DNA of 64,000 nt, taken from contig JAQFVV010000004.1 of NCBI GenBank assembly GCA_028023455.1, positions 5,394,001 through 5,458,000 on the forward strand, read 5' to 3'. Below are positions 1-13,669 of the stretch, in pieces. Within the stretch, counting starts at the first letter, position 1, and every line of letters begins with the position of its first letter. The DNA comes from Epiperipatus broadwayi. Its lineage: Eukaryota; Animalia; Onychophora. The position numbers and the translations under genes were made by a program. Under the pieces are notes generated by a model, which worked only from the letters and a program-made list of their open reading frames with translations, searched no databases and was not told the DNA's origin.

Positions 1-1341
1 TGAATATGTATTAATCTAAAAGAAATAGCATAAAAAAATCTGAAACAAAATATTTACATAAATATAATTATTTTTATATTAATTTGTATATTAAGATAAA
101 CAGTTGGTCTACTAATGGTATGTTTTGTAGGTATTCAAAAGTTTTCTGTTCACTTGCTGACTTAGTAAAATAAATATATTTTTTTAATGATTATTTTTTA
201 TTGTATAAATATATTTGCTAACAAATATCATATTTATCTTTTTTAATTAAAAAATTTGGGTTTTTTTTTTCATATAAAAAGTAACAACTTTTATTTTTAA
301 TGATATATTTATTATTTTATTGCCACACTTTTTTTTTTGTTTGTTTATTTGTTTTTTACATTTCTGAAGATAAAGATTTTAAAAACTATGTAAATACCAT
401 ATCATTAAGTTCAATATTGAGTTTTTTGTAGCCTTTCTGGATGAAAGATTTTGTCAATCTAAGTGTTCATGTAATAATGTAATAGCACATCTCTTATTTC
501 GTCATTACAATTTTCCCATTTTATAAAGCGTCTATGTGTTGCTGAAAAGTTAAATAACTAATAATTTTAGTATTTATAGTTTTGGATATATATTTTATAA
601 ATATATTCTGGATACTAATACAGAAACTTTGTACTTCAGTCATAAAAAATGATTAATTTTAATACAGTAATAAAAAAATAGTGATTAGGTTTAATATTAA
701 ATTATAACATTACTGTAACTATTATTTTCAATGTTTATTTAAAAAGTAAATTACCATTTTTTCTCTTAAAAAAATTTTTTTTTGCTTAAAGTATGAATCA
801 GCTTACTTAATAATTTTTTATTGCCATTATTTTCTTCTCTCCCTGCTTATTTATATAAAGTTTCTTAAGATTCGGCTACTAGATTTAATGTTTTTATAGA
901 TCACTTACAGTAAATATTTCAAAACATCAGTTTTAAAATCATTCTATTGCTATATTTTCTAGGGGAATAACATGGAACCTGTATCCTGTATGTATGTGTG
1001 GATTTTTTTTTTTCACATATGTTTATATATATTTATTACATTAAATTGTTTGTTGCTATTTTGCTAATTTATCAGTTTATCCAAATAGTGGAAGTTGTCA
1101 AATCATAGGAAACCAAATTAGCTAACAACAAACTTGCATAATGACAAAGCTTATCATTAATATTTTCCCAACTTATAAATTTTAAAATATGGCAAATTTG
1201 ATAACATCAACAATATTTCTAGATTGTTTTTTTTTTCTCCATGATGGTTATTCTTTTTATTATATTAAAATTTAAGTAGTGAGAAAATTCAGCAAATTTT
1301 TTATCTAACATGAATGTGAAATTTTGATCTCAGTCATCCAT

Positions 1342-2150
1342 TTACATCATACTTAAACATTCAGTAGTGTCATCCAGTGTAAGCCAATGAATGCTAGAAG
1401 GTTTGTGCATCAAAATCCCCATCTAATGCCTATTCATCTAATGTCTCCAGATTAGTTTCTAGTTTGGGCTTCATCAATGAGGTGCTTTGGATCTAAGAAC
1501 CCTGCACATAAATATTTGGATCTAATGAAAACTTCCAGCAGCCACTTTTTATCTTTTTGAAAGCACAATAATGTTTTCAATCCAAGCTCATTTGCTTGTA
1601 TATTCATATAGGTCTGAACTCAGATCAATATCTCTATATTTTCATGTCTTTGGGTTTTTTAAAATATAATCACCATCTTTTGGCCAGGATTGGTATTAAA
1701 TGACAAGATCACTTTTGCTTACATAATTTGTAAAAAAAAAAAAAAAAAAGAAGCAATTATCCACACAATAGTGCCAACCAGTGTGCAAGTCATAGTAATC
1801 AATGGATACTAGAAGGTCTGTGCATTGTAATCCTTATCTAGTGCCTCCGCATTCAATATCCTCAGACTAATTTATGGCCTGTGGCCTTTATCAGTGAAGA
1901 GCTTGGTTGAAAACATTAATATGTTTTCATTTTGGACTCATAGTTAACTAAAAAGTTAAAAAGTGGCTGCTGTAGGGTTGTATTAGATCCAAAGATCTAG
2001 TTACAGTACTCTCAGATCCAACGTTTCTCACTGATAAAGACCACAACTAGAAACTAGCCTAGATGTTGGACAAGAATGTACTAAATAAAGATTTGATATA
2101 TAAACCTTCTAGAATCCATTGATTAGTATGGCTTGCACTGGGTAGTACTA
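1342..2150. mobile_element. Family A HHR-containing repeat locus: two tandem copies followed by an inverted copy
   Basis: Homologous to 13670-14480 and 27232-28165 (shared blocks such as caatggatgctagaagg and tcaatccaagctcattt). Degenerate HHR motifs at ~1445-1482 (-), ~1860-1899 (-) and ~2026-2065 (+). Boundaries approximate. Confidence 0.8.
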
Positions 2151-3258
2151 CTGTTGTGGTTGCCAATAGAGACAATACCGCCTCTGGCAGGTGCTGAGAA
2201 GATCTAAGGAGACATTGCTAGTCCAAAACCTAATAGAGGAGTGTTGAGGACCAATCACCATCCTTGGGTTATACTCATAAGAACATTTTGAAAAGTCTTA
2301 TTAATCAATCATAAACAGATGTTTGAACCAACACTTACTTATTTCTTAGAGCTAAATGTGTTTGAACTAGTCTGTACACAATGAAATTTTACAATTTTGA
2401 ACAAGTCATGCATTTTTAGATCATGCAAGTTCTATCAAGATTGTCACATATGCAGAGTGCCAATTCTATTACATGTTTTGATGGATTCATTGAACATTAT
2501 TATAAGTGAAGTGAAAACTTTTAAACAATATCAGTTTGTTTCAGTACTCCTTCAGAACAATTGTAAAACTAAAATTCAGTGTGGTATCAATACAGAGATC
2601 ACAATAAAAAGATAACTTATGACATGTACTTTATACTATTGGTACAAATAAATATTACTAAATAAATAAGTGCCTACTGTTTTCCTGAAGGTTTGTGATG
2701 ATGGTATTTTAGTTGTATTTATATGTTGGACTATTTTTCTAAAGACATTTAATATTTATATTATATGATGGAAATAGTCTAATATATAAATACAAGGTAA
2801 GAGCCTATTTTGGTTTTTTTGTTTGTTTATTATTATGTATTTTATATTTTGTATAAGATTATTATGATTATTATTATGAGACTATGTTGGTGGGGACAAA
2901 GAGATGTGGTAGATACTAAGTATGACATTTACCACGTGTCTTGAATTCTATTCTCAGCCAAAATTTATGTTTGTTTCAATTTAGTTTCACCACAAAATAC
3001 TTCAAAGACTTCACTTTGAATGATTGTACCAATCTATATGGTTCAATTAACAATCAAGTTTTACTTTGCCAAAGATTTGATTTGATTTTGGAGTCCTAAG
3101 TAATAATGATTATTTTACTTTTTGGGCTAAATATCAATCAATTTTCTGATAGTTTTTTTTATTAGTAGGAGCTATTTACATAACGTAAACCATGTTATAT
3201 TAAATTTAAATATCATGAAATTGGTCACCTTATTTTTTTTTATTCTCCAGATAGAATC

Positions 3259-4880
3259 ATGTTGGATTCAAAGAAAAAATGTAGACAGTACAATGTCAAC
3301 TACTTGAAGTATGGTTTTATTCAGTCACCTACATGTCTGTACTATTATGCCTGATTTGCCAGAAAGTTTTCTCCAATGAAGCCAAGAAACCTTCGCGATT
3401 AGAAGAAAATTTGACTAAAATTCATCCTGACAGAAAAAATAAAGGTTTGTCCTACTTTCAAATGCTCAAAGATCAACATTCAAGACATTCAACCTTGCCT
3501 GATATATTTTCAATGGCAGTGAAACGTGACAATGATGGATTATGTGCCTCTTACAATATATTGCTAAATCAGGGGATTTGCACATTATTAATCATGAATT
3601 GATATTACTAGCTGTAAGTGAGGTTCTGCATACTATCTGCACAAGCTAGCATATGATATTATTTTCAAAATTCCATTAAGCAATAACACAGTGCAGAGAC
3701 AAATCAATGAAATGGCCCAGGATATGGAGAGTATGCTAAATGAATTCTTGAAGACTACTGAATTTTCTTTGCAACTCAATAAATGAACCTTACCAAACAA
3801 TGAGGTTTTACTTCTAGCATATGTTAACTTCATAAAAGATGAAAAAAAATCGCCAAGAACTATTATTTACAAGATAATTAGAAATGGACATAAAAGGAAA
3901 GTCTATATTTGACTTATTGGAATACCATTTTACAGAATAAAGTATTATTTGGAAAAATATATTGTCAGTTGCTGCAGATGGTGCTCTAGCGATGGTTGGA
4001 TGCTACCACAGGTTTATTTCCTTATTTGAAAAAGGCAATACTAGATGTTGTTTTCATACATTATGTGATTGACTGAAATTTGGTGGTGTAATTAATATAG
4101 ATTGTTTGGAAAAATTTTATAATGAAAATGAGAAGATTTTAATTATTTACTATTGTGAAGCTTGTTAGTTATCCAATGGTACTTGTGTAAAATAATTTCT
4201 GGAGCTCTTTGATTCAGTTTTAGAGGTTTAAATGATTTTTTTAAAAATAACTTAACTGAGTTTAATAATGATTTCGCTTATTTGATAGATTTATTTAATA
4301 AATTTAATGAAACAAATGTACAGCTGCAAGGAAATGATGTAAATTTCATCTAATTGACTATTTTTGCATTCATGTTAAAACTTAGTCTTGTACAAACAAA
4401 ATGTAGTCTGAAGAGAAATTTTATCACTTGCCTTAATGGCAATAAATAATGATGACATTCTAGTATATACCCAGCATTTGGAAGCACTTAAAGATTTTAT
4501 AAATCAATTTCAGAACATCCTCGGTATGGCTATTCCAGATTGGATTCTAGAATCTTCCTCAAATCAACATGCAGCAGAATTATCACTGCAGGAAGAATTG
4601 ATAGAATTTATCAATAAACAAAAAGCTAAAATTTAAATTAAAAAATGGGTATCAAGAGTTTGGCTCCTAAAGCAAATCCCAATATTATATTCAGCTTTAT
4701 GGGCTGCAGCAAAGAAGTTTTTCATTGCATTTCCATCATCATATTTAGTTGAAAGGGGATTTTGCATGGCTACCAATCTATTGACTAAAAAAAGGAAATA
4801 GGTTGTTAATAACGTAATCCGGCAACTTAAGACACTGTTGATAACAAAAATGGCACCAAGCTCAATCTGCTCACTGATAG
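3259..4880 (+). pseudogene. Decayed hAT transposase, Buster/Charlie (SCAND3/ZBED5-like) type
   Basis: Fragments read MLDSKKKCRQYNVNYLKYGF, CLICQKVFSNEAKKPSRLEENLTKIHP, ADGALAMVG, LQEELIE and AAAKKFFIAFPSSYLVERGF. Many stops and frameshifts; no TIRs found. Confidence 0.88.
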
Positions 4881-5864
4881 TATTATATAATTGCATTTTT
4901 GATAATATTTTTTGTTTATTCTACTTTGAGCAAGATGCTAGTATTGTAAAATTCTTTTTAAAAAATAAATCGGAAAAAATCTGTGTTTGATTTGTAAGGG
5001 AGATGCTGATTGAATTTCTATTTGAAAAGCTGGATTCTGACCAAATAATGTTGCAGCTTGTGCACTATTGCATGGAGAGAGTCGCTATTGTTATATCACT
5101 ACTTGTGACAACATGAAGAAAGAATCAAAAAGAGAGCCTTTAATATATATGTAATAATAAGCTTTTAGTAGAGCAATTGTACATCTTGCTGTATTTCTGA
5201 GATGTTTGAATCTAGGCAAAATAAAACTTGGAAATTTTCATATGCTCTACTTAACTAAATAAAATGAATTCTGCAAAAAAGGTATTAAATGGAAAATTTG
5301 TGTATTTCTTGCCATTTTGGCATTGAATGTCATTGGGCTCTCTATGAACTGACCATAAGATAAATAAATATTCACTCTCCAAAAAATATATATGTAAAGC
5401 AATATATTGTGTGTGTGTGTATATATATAAATACTTTATAAAATATTTAAATGAGGGCCCATGGTTTAAGTTTTTCTAACGTTTCTCTAGCAGTGCAATT
5501 GGTATCTTAGAGGTAAGATTTTTTTAAAGAAGTTCAATAAGCAACATTTTTTATTTTTTATTTTGCCTCTGAAAATAGCAACTGTGATTGTTGGAAAGCT
5601 TAGGGAAAAAAAATCACTTGGCTTGCTCATTTAGAAATCATTCAAATATATTTTTATACCATGAAAGTCTTTATTCATAAAGAATTTTGTAACTTAAACT
5701 GAATAAGTATTGTGTATATATATGTAGATATAATAGAATACTTATCATAAAATATAAATTATTTAAAAACAGATCTAAAAAATATTTGGTTACCAGTATA
5801 GTTATGCATGTTTGGATATAAATAAACAACTGTTAGAAATATATAGTTTATAGATTATTAGAAT

Positions 5865-8560
5865 CATCATCATTTTCAACTATTATTGATCTACTGCAGG
5901 ATGAAGTTCTCTTCAAGTTTAATCCATCTTTCAATCTCTAGACTCTCTTCTCCACATCAACCAGCACACTTTTTTATTTCATTCATTTATCTTATATATG
6001 GCTTCTTTCTAGTCTTTTACAGTCACTTGGAATTCAGTTTAAGATTTCAACTGGCCATCTATTAAAATCTCTTCTAGTAATTTGTCCTGCTCAACTCCAC
6101 TTCAATATTTTAATTCTTTCAATGATATCAGTAAGATCTGTTTATTCCCGCATCCATGTGTTTTGTTTTCCTTTTTTTTTTTTTTTGTAATTCCTAACAT
6201 ACATCTCTCCATACTTTATTGGATGGTCTGAAGTCTTTGTCCAAGTCTCAGATTTATAAGTAAGAATTGATAAAACACATTTATTAAAACCTTTTCAAAC
6301 ATATAGTCATATTTCATTTTAACATTAAGTTCTTTCTACCAAAAGCACTCCAACCAAGTTTAATTCTATGATTAATTTTATCCATTATGTTACCGTCTGT
6401 AGTAATAATCTGACTAATGTATTTGTAGTCATTAACTTATTCTAAAATCATCATTATCAATCTTTATTTTCCATTTTTGAGAAAATTCATTAGACATTAT
6501 TTTAGATTTTTTAACATTTACCTTTAATCCTACTTTCTTACTTTTATCTGATTTTAGAAAGATTTCCTGAAGCTCCGAGGCATTATCAATTTCATCAGCA
6601 GCAAAATCTAGATGGTTTAAATAATCTCTTATTTACTTCCTTAGATTTCTGTTTTAATCCACAAAATATTTCTTACAAAACTGCTGTAAAAAGTTTTGGA
6701 GATATGGAGTAATCCTGTCATATACTCTTCTCATTGTTAATCTTCTCAGTAATATTAGGTAATTAATTGTTACTGTTGTATTTTTATAAATATTCTTCAG
6801 AATATGACGATATTCGGATCTAGACCCTGATGATCCAATGCTTTAATCACTGTGAAGAAATGTTTTTAGAATCAAATGCCTTTTTTCATAATCTGCAAAT
6901 CCAACTCATATTCATTGCTCCTTTCTATATCTTCTCTCAATACTTGGATATGAATCACTGCATTAAACCCACTTTTAAATTCAGTTTGTTCTTCTTTTCA
7001 TTGGTTAAAATCCAACGTTCCCTGTAGACTATTTATAATTATCTTAGTAAAAAATTTGTATAGAACTGATAAAAGATTGATAGATCTGAAATTTCTTATT
7101 ATCATCTTTTTTAAATAATAATATTGCATTCTTCCAATCATCTGGTATATCTTTATCATTTAGACATTTAATATATAACTTTGCAAAAAGTTTTATATTT
7201 TTTCACCTATTTCTTTAAGATACCAATAATAACTACAAATTGACCTAGAGTTTTTCCCTTCATAGATTTGATTATATGTCTCACTTTTTCCTTTAAAATC
7301 CTGAACAATCTAGTTGTAGGAGGGTTTTTTTTTTTATTGCTATACAATTCTTTGATAGAACTCTTCTACACATTCCATGATGTCATCTCTCTTTTTAGTA
7401 ATAATTCCTTCTTTTTTTCTTAATTGTAGAAATAAGTTTTCTACCAATACCAAAATGTTATTTTACTCTCTTGATACTTTTATTCTCTTCTATAGATTTA
7501 TTTACTAATTCACAATTATATTTTCTTATATGATAATCAACTCTTTTTCATATCATTTTACAAAATTCTAGATATTCAATCTCTCTTAATGCATCATTTT
7601 TATATATTTTCACATTTCTTCCTATTTTCATAAATTGCTTTGTCTCAGTAGAAATTTTACTGGTCAATTGCTGCTTTTTTGTATCAGCTAACAGTTATCT
7701 TCCTATTGATTTCATTCAAATTGGAATCTTGTTCAAAATCTGTTAATGTTAAAAAATGATTTGCAAATTCTAATTTAAATTTATTGGAATATTTCCAAAG
7801 ATTAGCAATATCAGCTGTGAATACTGTTTTTCTTAATAATTTTTGTTTCTCTAGTTTCACATTAACATATATTTTATATCTCACTAATCAATCATTATTT
7901 TTTGTGTTGAGTCTATTAAGAATATTACATACTTGAAATAAATTTTTTCTAATAGTCAAAATATAATTCAATTTTGCTATATCTTTATTTGGATGCTTTC
8001 ATGTCCATTTTCATTTAGTATTTTCCTCAAAGAAAGAATTCATAATAAAAAGTTTTTCTTTTTCTACAAACTCCACAAGTCTACATCCTCTCTCATTTCT
8101 ATCACCATAATCAAATTTACTTGCAGTACTTTCATCTTTTAACTGTACCAATTCTAGCATTAAAGTCTCACATGACAATTTTAAAATATCTACCATTAGT
8201 TGAATAACTAATATTGTCTTTCTATCTGATATACCATCATTCTCCACAATGTTGTTCTTCTACTTACTTATTTATAATAAATCTTACTCAATTTGTACTT
8301 ATAATGTTTGTGTCTTTGTGGTACAGTAAGTCCACTTTTTAAATCAATTATCTCTTCACCGTTTTTTCTAACTTCAGAATGATCAAGAGTGGCCTATTTA
8401 ATATGAGACAGTTTGTCCAATCATTGTTCACTTGCAATGTTCTGCAGTTGTAAATATCTAAATAAAAGGTTGTCATCAAATGGCAGCCGGGGTCTGCAAT
8501 CAGAAGATTTGTAGAACCCTCTGCTTTTGGTCATCAACAGCTGCCTTTGCTGGAAACTTT
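5865..8560 (-). mobile_element. Decayed RTE-type LINE (APE endonuclease + RT)
   Basis: Minus strand has endonuclease motifs (YNCRTL..., HSEVRKNGEEIIDLKSG; ORF 8011-8247 GDRNERGCRLVEFVEKEKLFIMNSFF), a degenerate YLNHLxFA-DD region near 6600 and a LKWSWAG-like C-terminus near 6090. A short (GAT)n-like tail lies near 5865. Confidence 0.85.
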
Positions 8561-9727
8561 CAGCCTCTTGGGAATAAAGACCACTGTGAATATCTATTAG
8601 AAAAAAAAAATTCTTTCACACACACATTCATTCTGATATCAAGAAGCTCTCAGGCCACTATAAAGTAAGGCCATGATGTTTCTTGATCTTAAAGTCAAGA
8701 GTAAAAAAGCCAATAATCTCACTACACTGATTGATGCATGTTGATGAGTAGCTCACTATATGAATAATCATATAGTAATAACAGCTGCAATGAAAGATAA
8801 GAACATATGGATTGGACAGTAGGAAATTTTCCCTGCTTCGTTTTTTTAAGGCCTCAAAGAGTAAACAAAGGGTCTCCTTTTTAACAGCAAACTCCTTTAT
8901 TAAAATATGGGTATCTATAATCCATCTCATTTAAAAACAAAAATTATGTAAATAGAAAGATTGGGCTTTTTTTTGCCAGGACAATTTTTGCCCAGTATTT
9001 TTGTTATTATATATATAAAAAATCTATCGTAATGTTTTTTAACTTGAAATTGTTTTATTTATTAAATATTGTTATTTAGACTTTTACTCATCAAATAATT
9101 ATAAATTTGTCTATTGATGAGTAAGATTTTCCTCTAAATAATCTAAAATAGTAATTTAAGCAGTGATTCAATTTTGTATTTTAATTTTGTTGATTTCACT
9201 GTCAAATGGCTATATCATATTTCATTTCTCAAATGAAGACAAACTGAAGCTGTAAAACGGCAGTTGAAAGAACTGGTATTTTACAACTGGAGTTAGTGGT
9301 TACAAACTAGTTTGTCAGCTCTGTTGAATGATATTAAGAAGCCAACTTTTTTTTATAACAAATGATTTTTTTTATAATGTGTAAACAACACACATGTATA
9401 TATATGAATACATATATAAGAAAATAATAATTGATGAATTTGGCTCACCATAATGAAATAATGATTAGAAATAAATTATATAATTCTTATGCAACCTAAT
9501 ACACATAAACAAGTGAATTTAATAATAGCAACGCAATTGAATTTGAGTAATGTAAAATTTTTAGAAATTCTATTTAATTCACTTCACACATTAAAGCTTA
9601 TTTTATTATTATGTTCATTAGTAATGATGTTGATCTGTTAGTCTGTTTATTTGACATTTTTCTTATATGAAAAACAAATTTCTTTTATTATTTGAAAATC
9701 TTATATATTTTAACTCTTCAAATAATT

Positions 9728-10440
9728 GGAGTGAAAATTACACTACAGAAATATTATTCATTATTGGATCATTTCTAGTCAAATGAATAAAAACTATTAA
9801 TATACTTTCATTAAGTGATTTATCAATTAAACTGTAGTACTTTGCTATATATATACCGAAGAATGATAAAGATATGTGTAATAGATTGTGGTCTGGGCCA
9901 ACTGAGGAGTGTTGGTTCAGCGTGAAATGTGCATTTTGGAGATCATAGATCTTTTTTAGATGTCTTCCGTGTTTATGATTACATCTCTCCACAAAATGTT
10001 AAAAGTGGATAGAAACCAGTCTCTGTTTTGCATGAGAGTGGGATAGTGAAAATTGCACTACAGAAATATTCATTATTGGATAATCTCTAGTCAAATGAAT
10101 GACTAATAAAAATTATTAATGTACTTTCATTAAATGATATATGCCAAAATTGTGAGGGCATCGGGTTTGACAAATTATCAATTAAACTGTGGTAATTTGC
10201 TATCTATATATGTATACTGAACAATGATAAAGATATGTGTAAGAGATTGCGGTCTGGACAGCTGATGAGTGCTCCATCAATATGAAATGTGCATCCTGGA
10301 GATCATAGATCTTTTTCACATGTCTTGGGGTTTTATGTTTATGATTATATCCCTCTATAAGATGTTAAAAATGAATAGAAATTCAGTCCCTACTTTGTGG
10401 AAGAGTGGTGTAGTGAAAATTACACTACAGAAATATATAC
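9728..10440 (+). mobile_element. Family B HHR-containing repeat, ~2.1 tandem monomers
   Basis: The block gtgaaaatt.cactacagaaatat recurs at 9731, 10046 and 10413. Each full unit carries an HHR motif (9888-9946 and ~10250-10306). Confidence 0.85.
9888..9946 (+). ncRNA. Type I hammerhead ribozyme motif (family B), core intact
   Basis: GTGGTC TGG GCCAA CTGAGGA GTGTTG GTT CAGCGT GAAA TGTGCA TT TTGGA GATCAT. Helix I CCAA/TTGG plus distal GTGGTC/GATCAT; stem II is rich in G.U wobbles; predicted cleavage after 9935. Confidence 0.72.
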
Positions 10441-10489
10441 AGTATATAATTTATCTCATATACACAACCTTCTGTTTTTTGATCTGGCT

Positions 10490-12760
10490 TTTCTAGATCT
10501 ATAACATAATTTGTAGTCATAAGATGCTAAGATATTAAACAATTTTGTCATTTGCTGACTAGCATGGTCTGAGATTTGCTTGTTCTTCGCCAATATTCTT
10601 AATCACCATCTATGATCAGTGTAAATCTTGGAAAAACCATCTTATATATATTGATAAAGCTTTTTCACAGCATTGTGTATTACTAAAGCTTTTTCGTTTA
10701 GCTGGCTGCAGTTCTTCTTGGTCTTAGATAATGGTTTTGAAGCATACACAATAGGGCATTTATTACTGTACACTATAAATGTTAACATTGTTCCTACACC
10801 CAAATTCCGAGTCATCAGTTATAATAATTACTTCTTGCTGTTTGTTCTAATGTACTAATAACCTATCAGAGAGCAGTAATTCTTTTACTCTGTGAAAAGG
10901 CATATCTTTTCCACATTTGTTTCTTCCTCACTCCAAAAAAACCTTGAAGAAATTTACCAATCCTAAAAATGCCTGCAATTGTTTAGTCTTCTTTGCCTTC
11001 AAGACATTTTTCATGGCAATTACTTTTTCTAGATTGTACATTTTTATTAATAATATGGCCCAGAAATGATATCTCTTTCATAGTCTTATTTCTCTGCATT
11101 CAATCTTGTGCCGAGTTTCTGTAATTTTTCACAGACTACATTTACTATTTCACTGTCAGTGACCACTAATATATTAACCATGTATGATGTAGAGCCTCTT
11201 ATTCCTCGTAATAAATTTTCTATTTTTGCCTGGAAAATATTTGGTGCTATGATTATCCCATATGATAGTCTATTGAACTTAAATAATCCCGTGTGCATGT
11301 TTATAGTCAATAATTCTACTGTTCTCTTAGTTTCCATAATTTCATAAAATGGTGCTTTCAAATCTAGCTTTGTGAAGTATTTAGTCTTTTGCAAATATAC
11401 TATTACTTCTTTCATGCTGGTTTGTTTATGTACTTGTTGACCGTAATCTATAGTCATCATCCTTACATTTGTCAGGTTTTAGCACTGCTACTATCTGTGT
11501 AGCTCAGGTTGATTTCTCACAAGGTATAATTATGCCTTTACTTCTTAATTTATTTAAAGCCTTCTCAGCTTTTGGCTTATGTGTAAAGGCAACCTTCCTT
11601 GGACTGTATACGACCTGCTGAGCATTATCAACTTTCTCAATGTCACTTGGTTTTGTTTTGAATTTTACTGAGTTGATTTTAAAGGTCTGTGGAAATTGTT
11701 TTCTTATTTCAGCTTCTAATAATTTACTTTTTTCACTATGTCTATTTTTTTATCTCCAGAGGCTTAAACCAACTTCTTCCAAATATTGAGTTAATACTCC
11801 ATTCTGCTATATATAATAGTAATTATTTCTTATTGCTATAGTCATTCTTATAATTATTATGGCAGTTGCTATTTATGTCTGATATTAACATCATATGCTC
11901 AATTGTTGACATTTGCCTTTTTATTCCAGGTTTTTCCTCAATATTAATATGCCCATCCCATTGTTGATCTCCATTTATACATTTTGATTATAGATTTTCA
12001 CAATTAATTTCAACATATCATTGCTATCTTTCAGTTTACTTATCATTGTCAACTTTTTATACATCCCTCCTCTCAATTTATTCTTGTGATGTAAATCTTG
12101 CTTTGTCATTCGTCTCTTACATAATTTTGACAAGTGACCTTTCAATCCATAGTTAAAACATTTTTTCATTTTAAATCTGCAGTTAGGTTTTGGTCTCTGT
12201 TAACTTTTTACTTATCTCTCATGATTTTTTTTGCTGCATTTATACTTGTTTCTGAAGAATCATTCTTATTTGCATTTCTGAAAGTTTCCTTATGTTCTAC
12301 CATGGCTTAATAAGCTAATGCCCATTCAATAACAACTTGTACGTTAATTCCTTCTTGCTTTCTCTTAACTTTATGTCTCTTATTGTCCATAGTAACTGAT
12401 CCAGCAACATTGCATCAATATAATTTTTAAATTCACAATTTTTCACCAACATTCATAGGATCAAGTCAAATTTGCATATATTTTCATTTTGACATTGTAT
12501 CCTCTTTCAAAAACAAAGATGAACCATATTTTGATGTTATGGGTTTAAAATATGTATAGTTTTCTCTTCGTAGGGTATTTTCTCTGGCAGCTTGGTAGCA
12601 CACACACGATTTGCCACATCTAATACATTTTTGCCAGATATCCATAATAACATTGCAACTTTAAATTTACCAGCTGTTATTCCATTCACAAGCGTGTACT
12701 TTTCAATAGGATTAGTATATTTTTGCCATTAACCCTGCATTTTTGGTTCACTGCACCACT
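10490..12760 (-). mobile_element. Decayed Ty3/Gypsy LTR retrotransposon internal region (gag knuckle, RT, RNase H)
   Basis: ORF 11086-11460 has FTKLDLKAPF...TINMHTGLFKFNRLSYGI..APNIFQ (Gypsy RT). ORF 11975-12169 has a degenerate CCHC knuckle (CFNYGLKGHLSKLC). RNase H-like ALLCM...KKLYQYI...TDH remnants lie at ~10600-10760. No LTRs recognised. Confidence 0.85.
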
Positions 12761-13669
12761 AAATTTAATATCTCAAACTAATTCTTTATTTAAGCTTCAC
12801 AAGTTAAACTGTCGAACTGTACCAAATAATATATCCAGGGCCGTGCAGTCATTTGGCCGCTGGATTATTATATTTTAATAAATAAGAGAAAACAACCAAA
12901 GTTTAAATAATAAATTCAAGAATTTATTTTAACTCTGAATATAATAATAATTGTATTAATAAGGATTAGTAATTTAACTCACTATTTGTCAGTTGAGAAC
13001 AAGATCACTTAAATCTCTTCACTGTTTATATCTCCTTGGAGATTTAATATCAAATAAAGTCTCTTTAATTCTGCAGCTTTGTAAGCACAGATAGTTGAAT
13101 TAGATTCTTGACTAGAGCTCTTTTTTTTACTAATCTCCCAAACAATTTCACTTTCACTAGTTTATCTTTCTGCTAGTTTACTTTTTCTATCCCACTTAAT
13201 TCTTTCGCATTTTTTATCAGCTTTGCTAATTTGCATAAAGTGAACTTTTCTTTACATGCAAATTAGCCTGTTGCAATTTTGAGTAAGTAGTTTCATTTTC
13301 TACATACTAATAATTCTATTTCTGGAGTATTCTAGCATATCAACATTAAAAGCTTCTACACACACACATTCTTTAATAAATGTATGTGTGTATACATAGC
13401 AAATAGATAAAATATATATTTAATAAAATAATTTATTAAAGGTATATATAAATTTTTAATGTAACATTTTAATGCCACTTTCAATTTGAAGCCTGAGAAA
13501 GTCACCTCATCTATGAGACTAGTTGTGATTGAAAACCTTTAAAAAGTGTTGTAGTAGTCAGCAGAAAAGAATAAAAATATTGAAGCATTGACAATAGTAA
13601 AACAGTCTTGATTGAGAAAATTATAAATCATTTTAATCATATATAAACAAATGTCATATTAAAATAATT

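Noticed and set aside
9080-9126. Exon-like segment with a gtaaga donor
   Set aside because: It coincides with a small inverted repeat (ttactcatcaa/ttgatgagtaa) and its only open phase does not fit the other candidates.
12837-13300. CAGGGCCG start resembling a hAT Tip100-type TIR
   Set aside because: No partner TIR or convincing transposase motif found.
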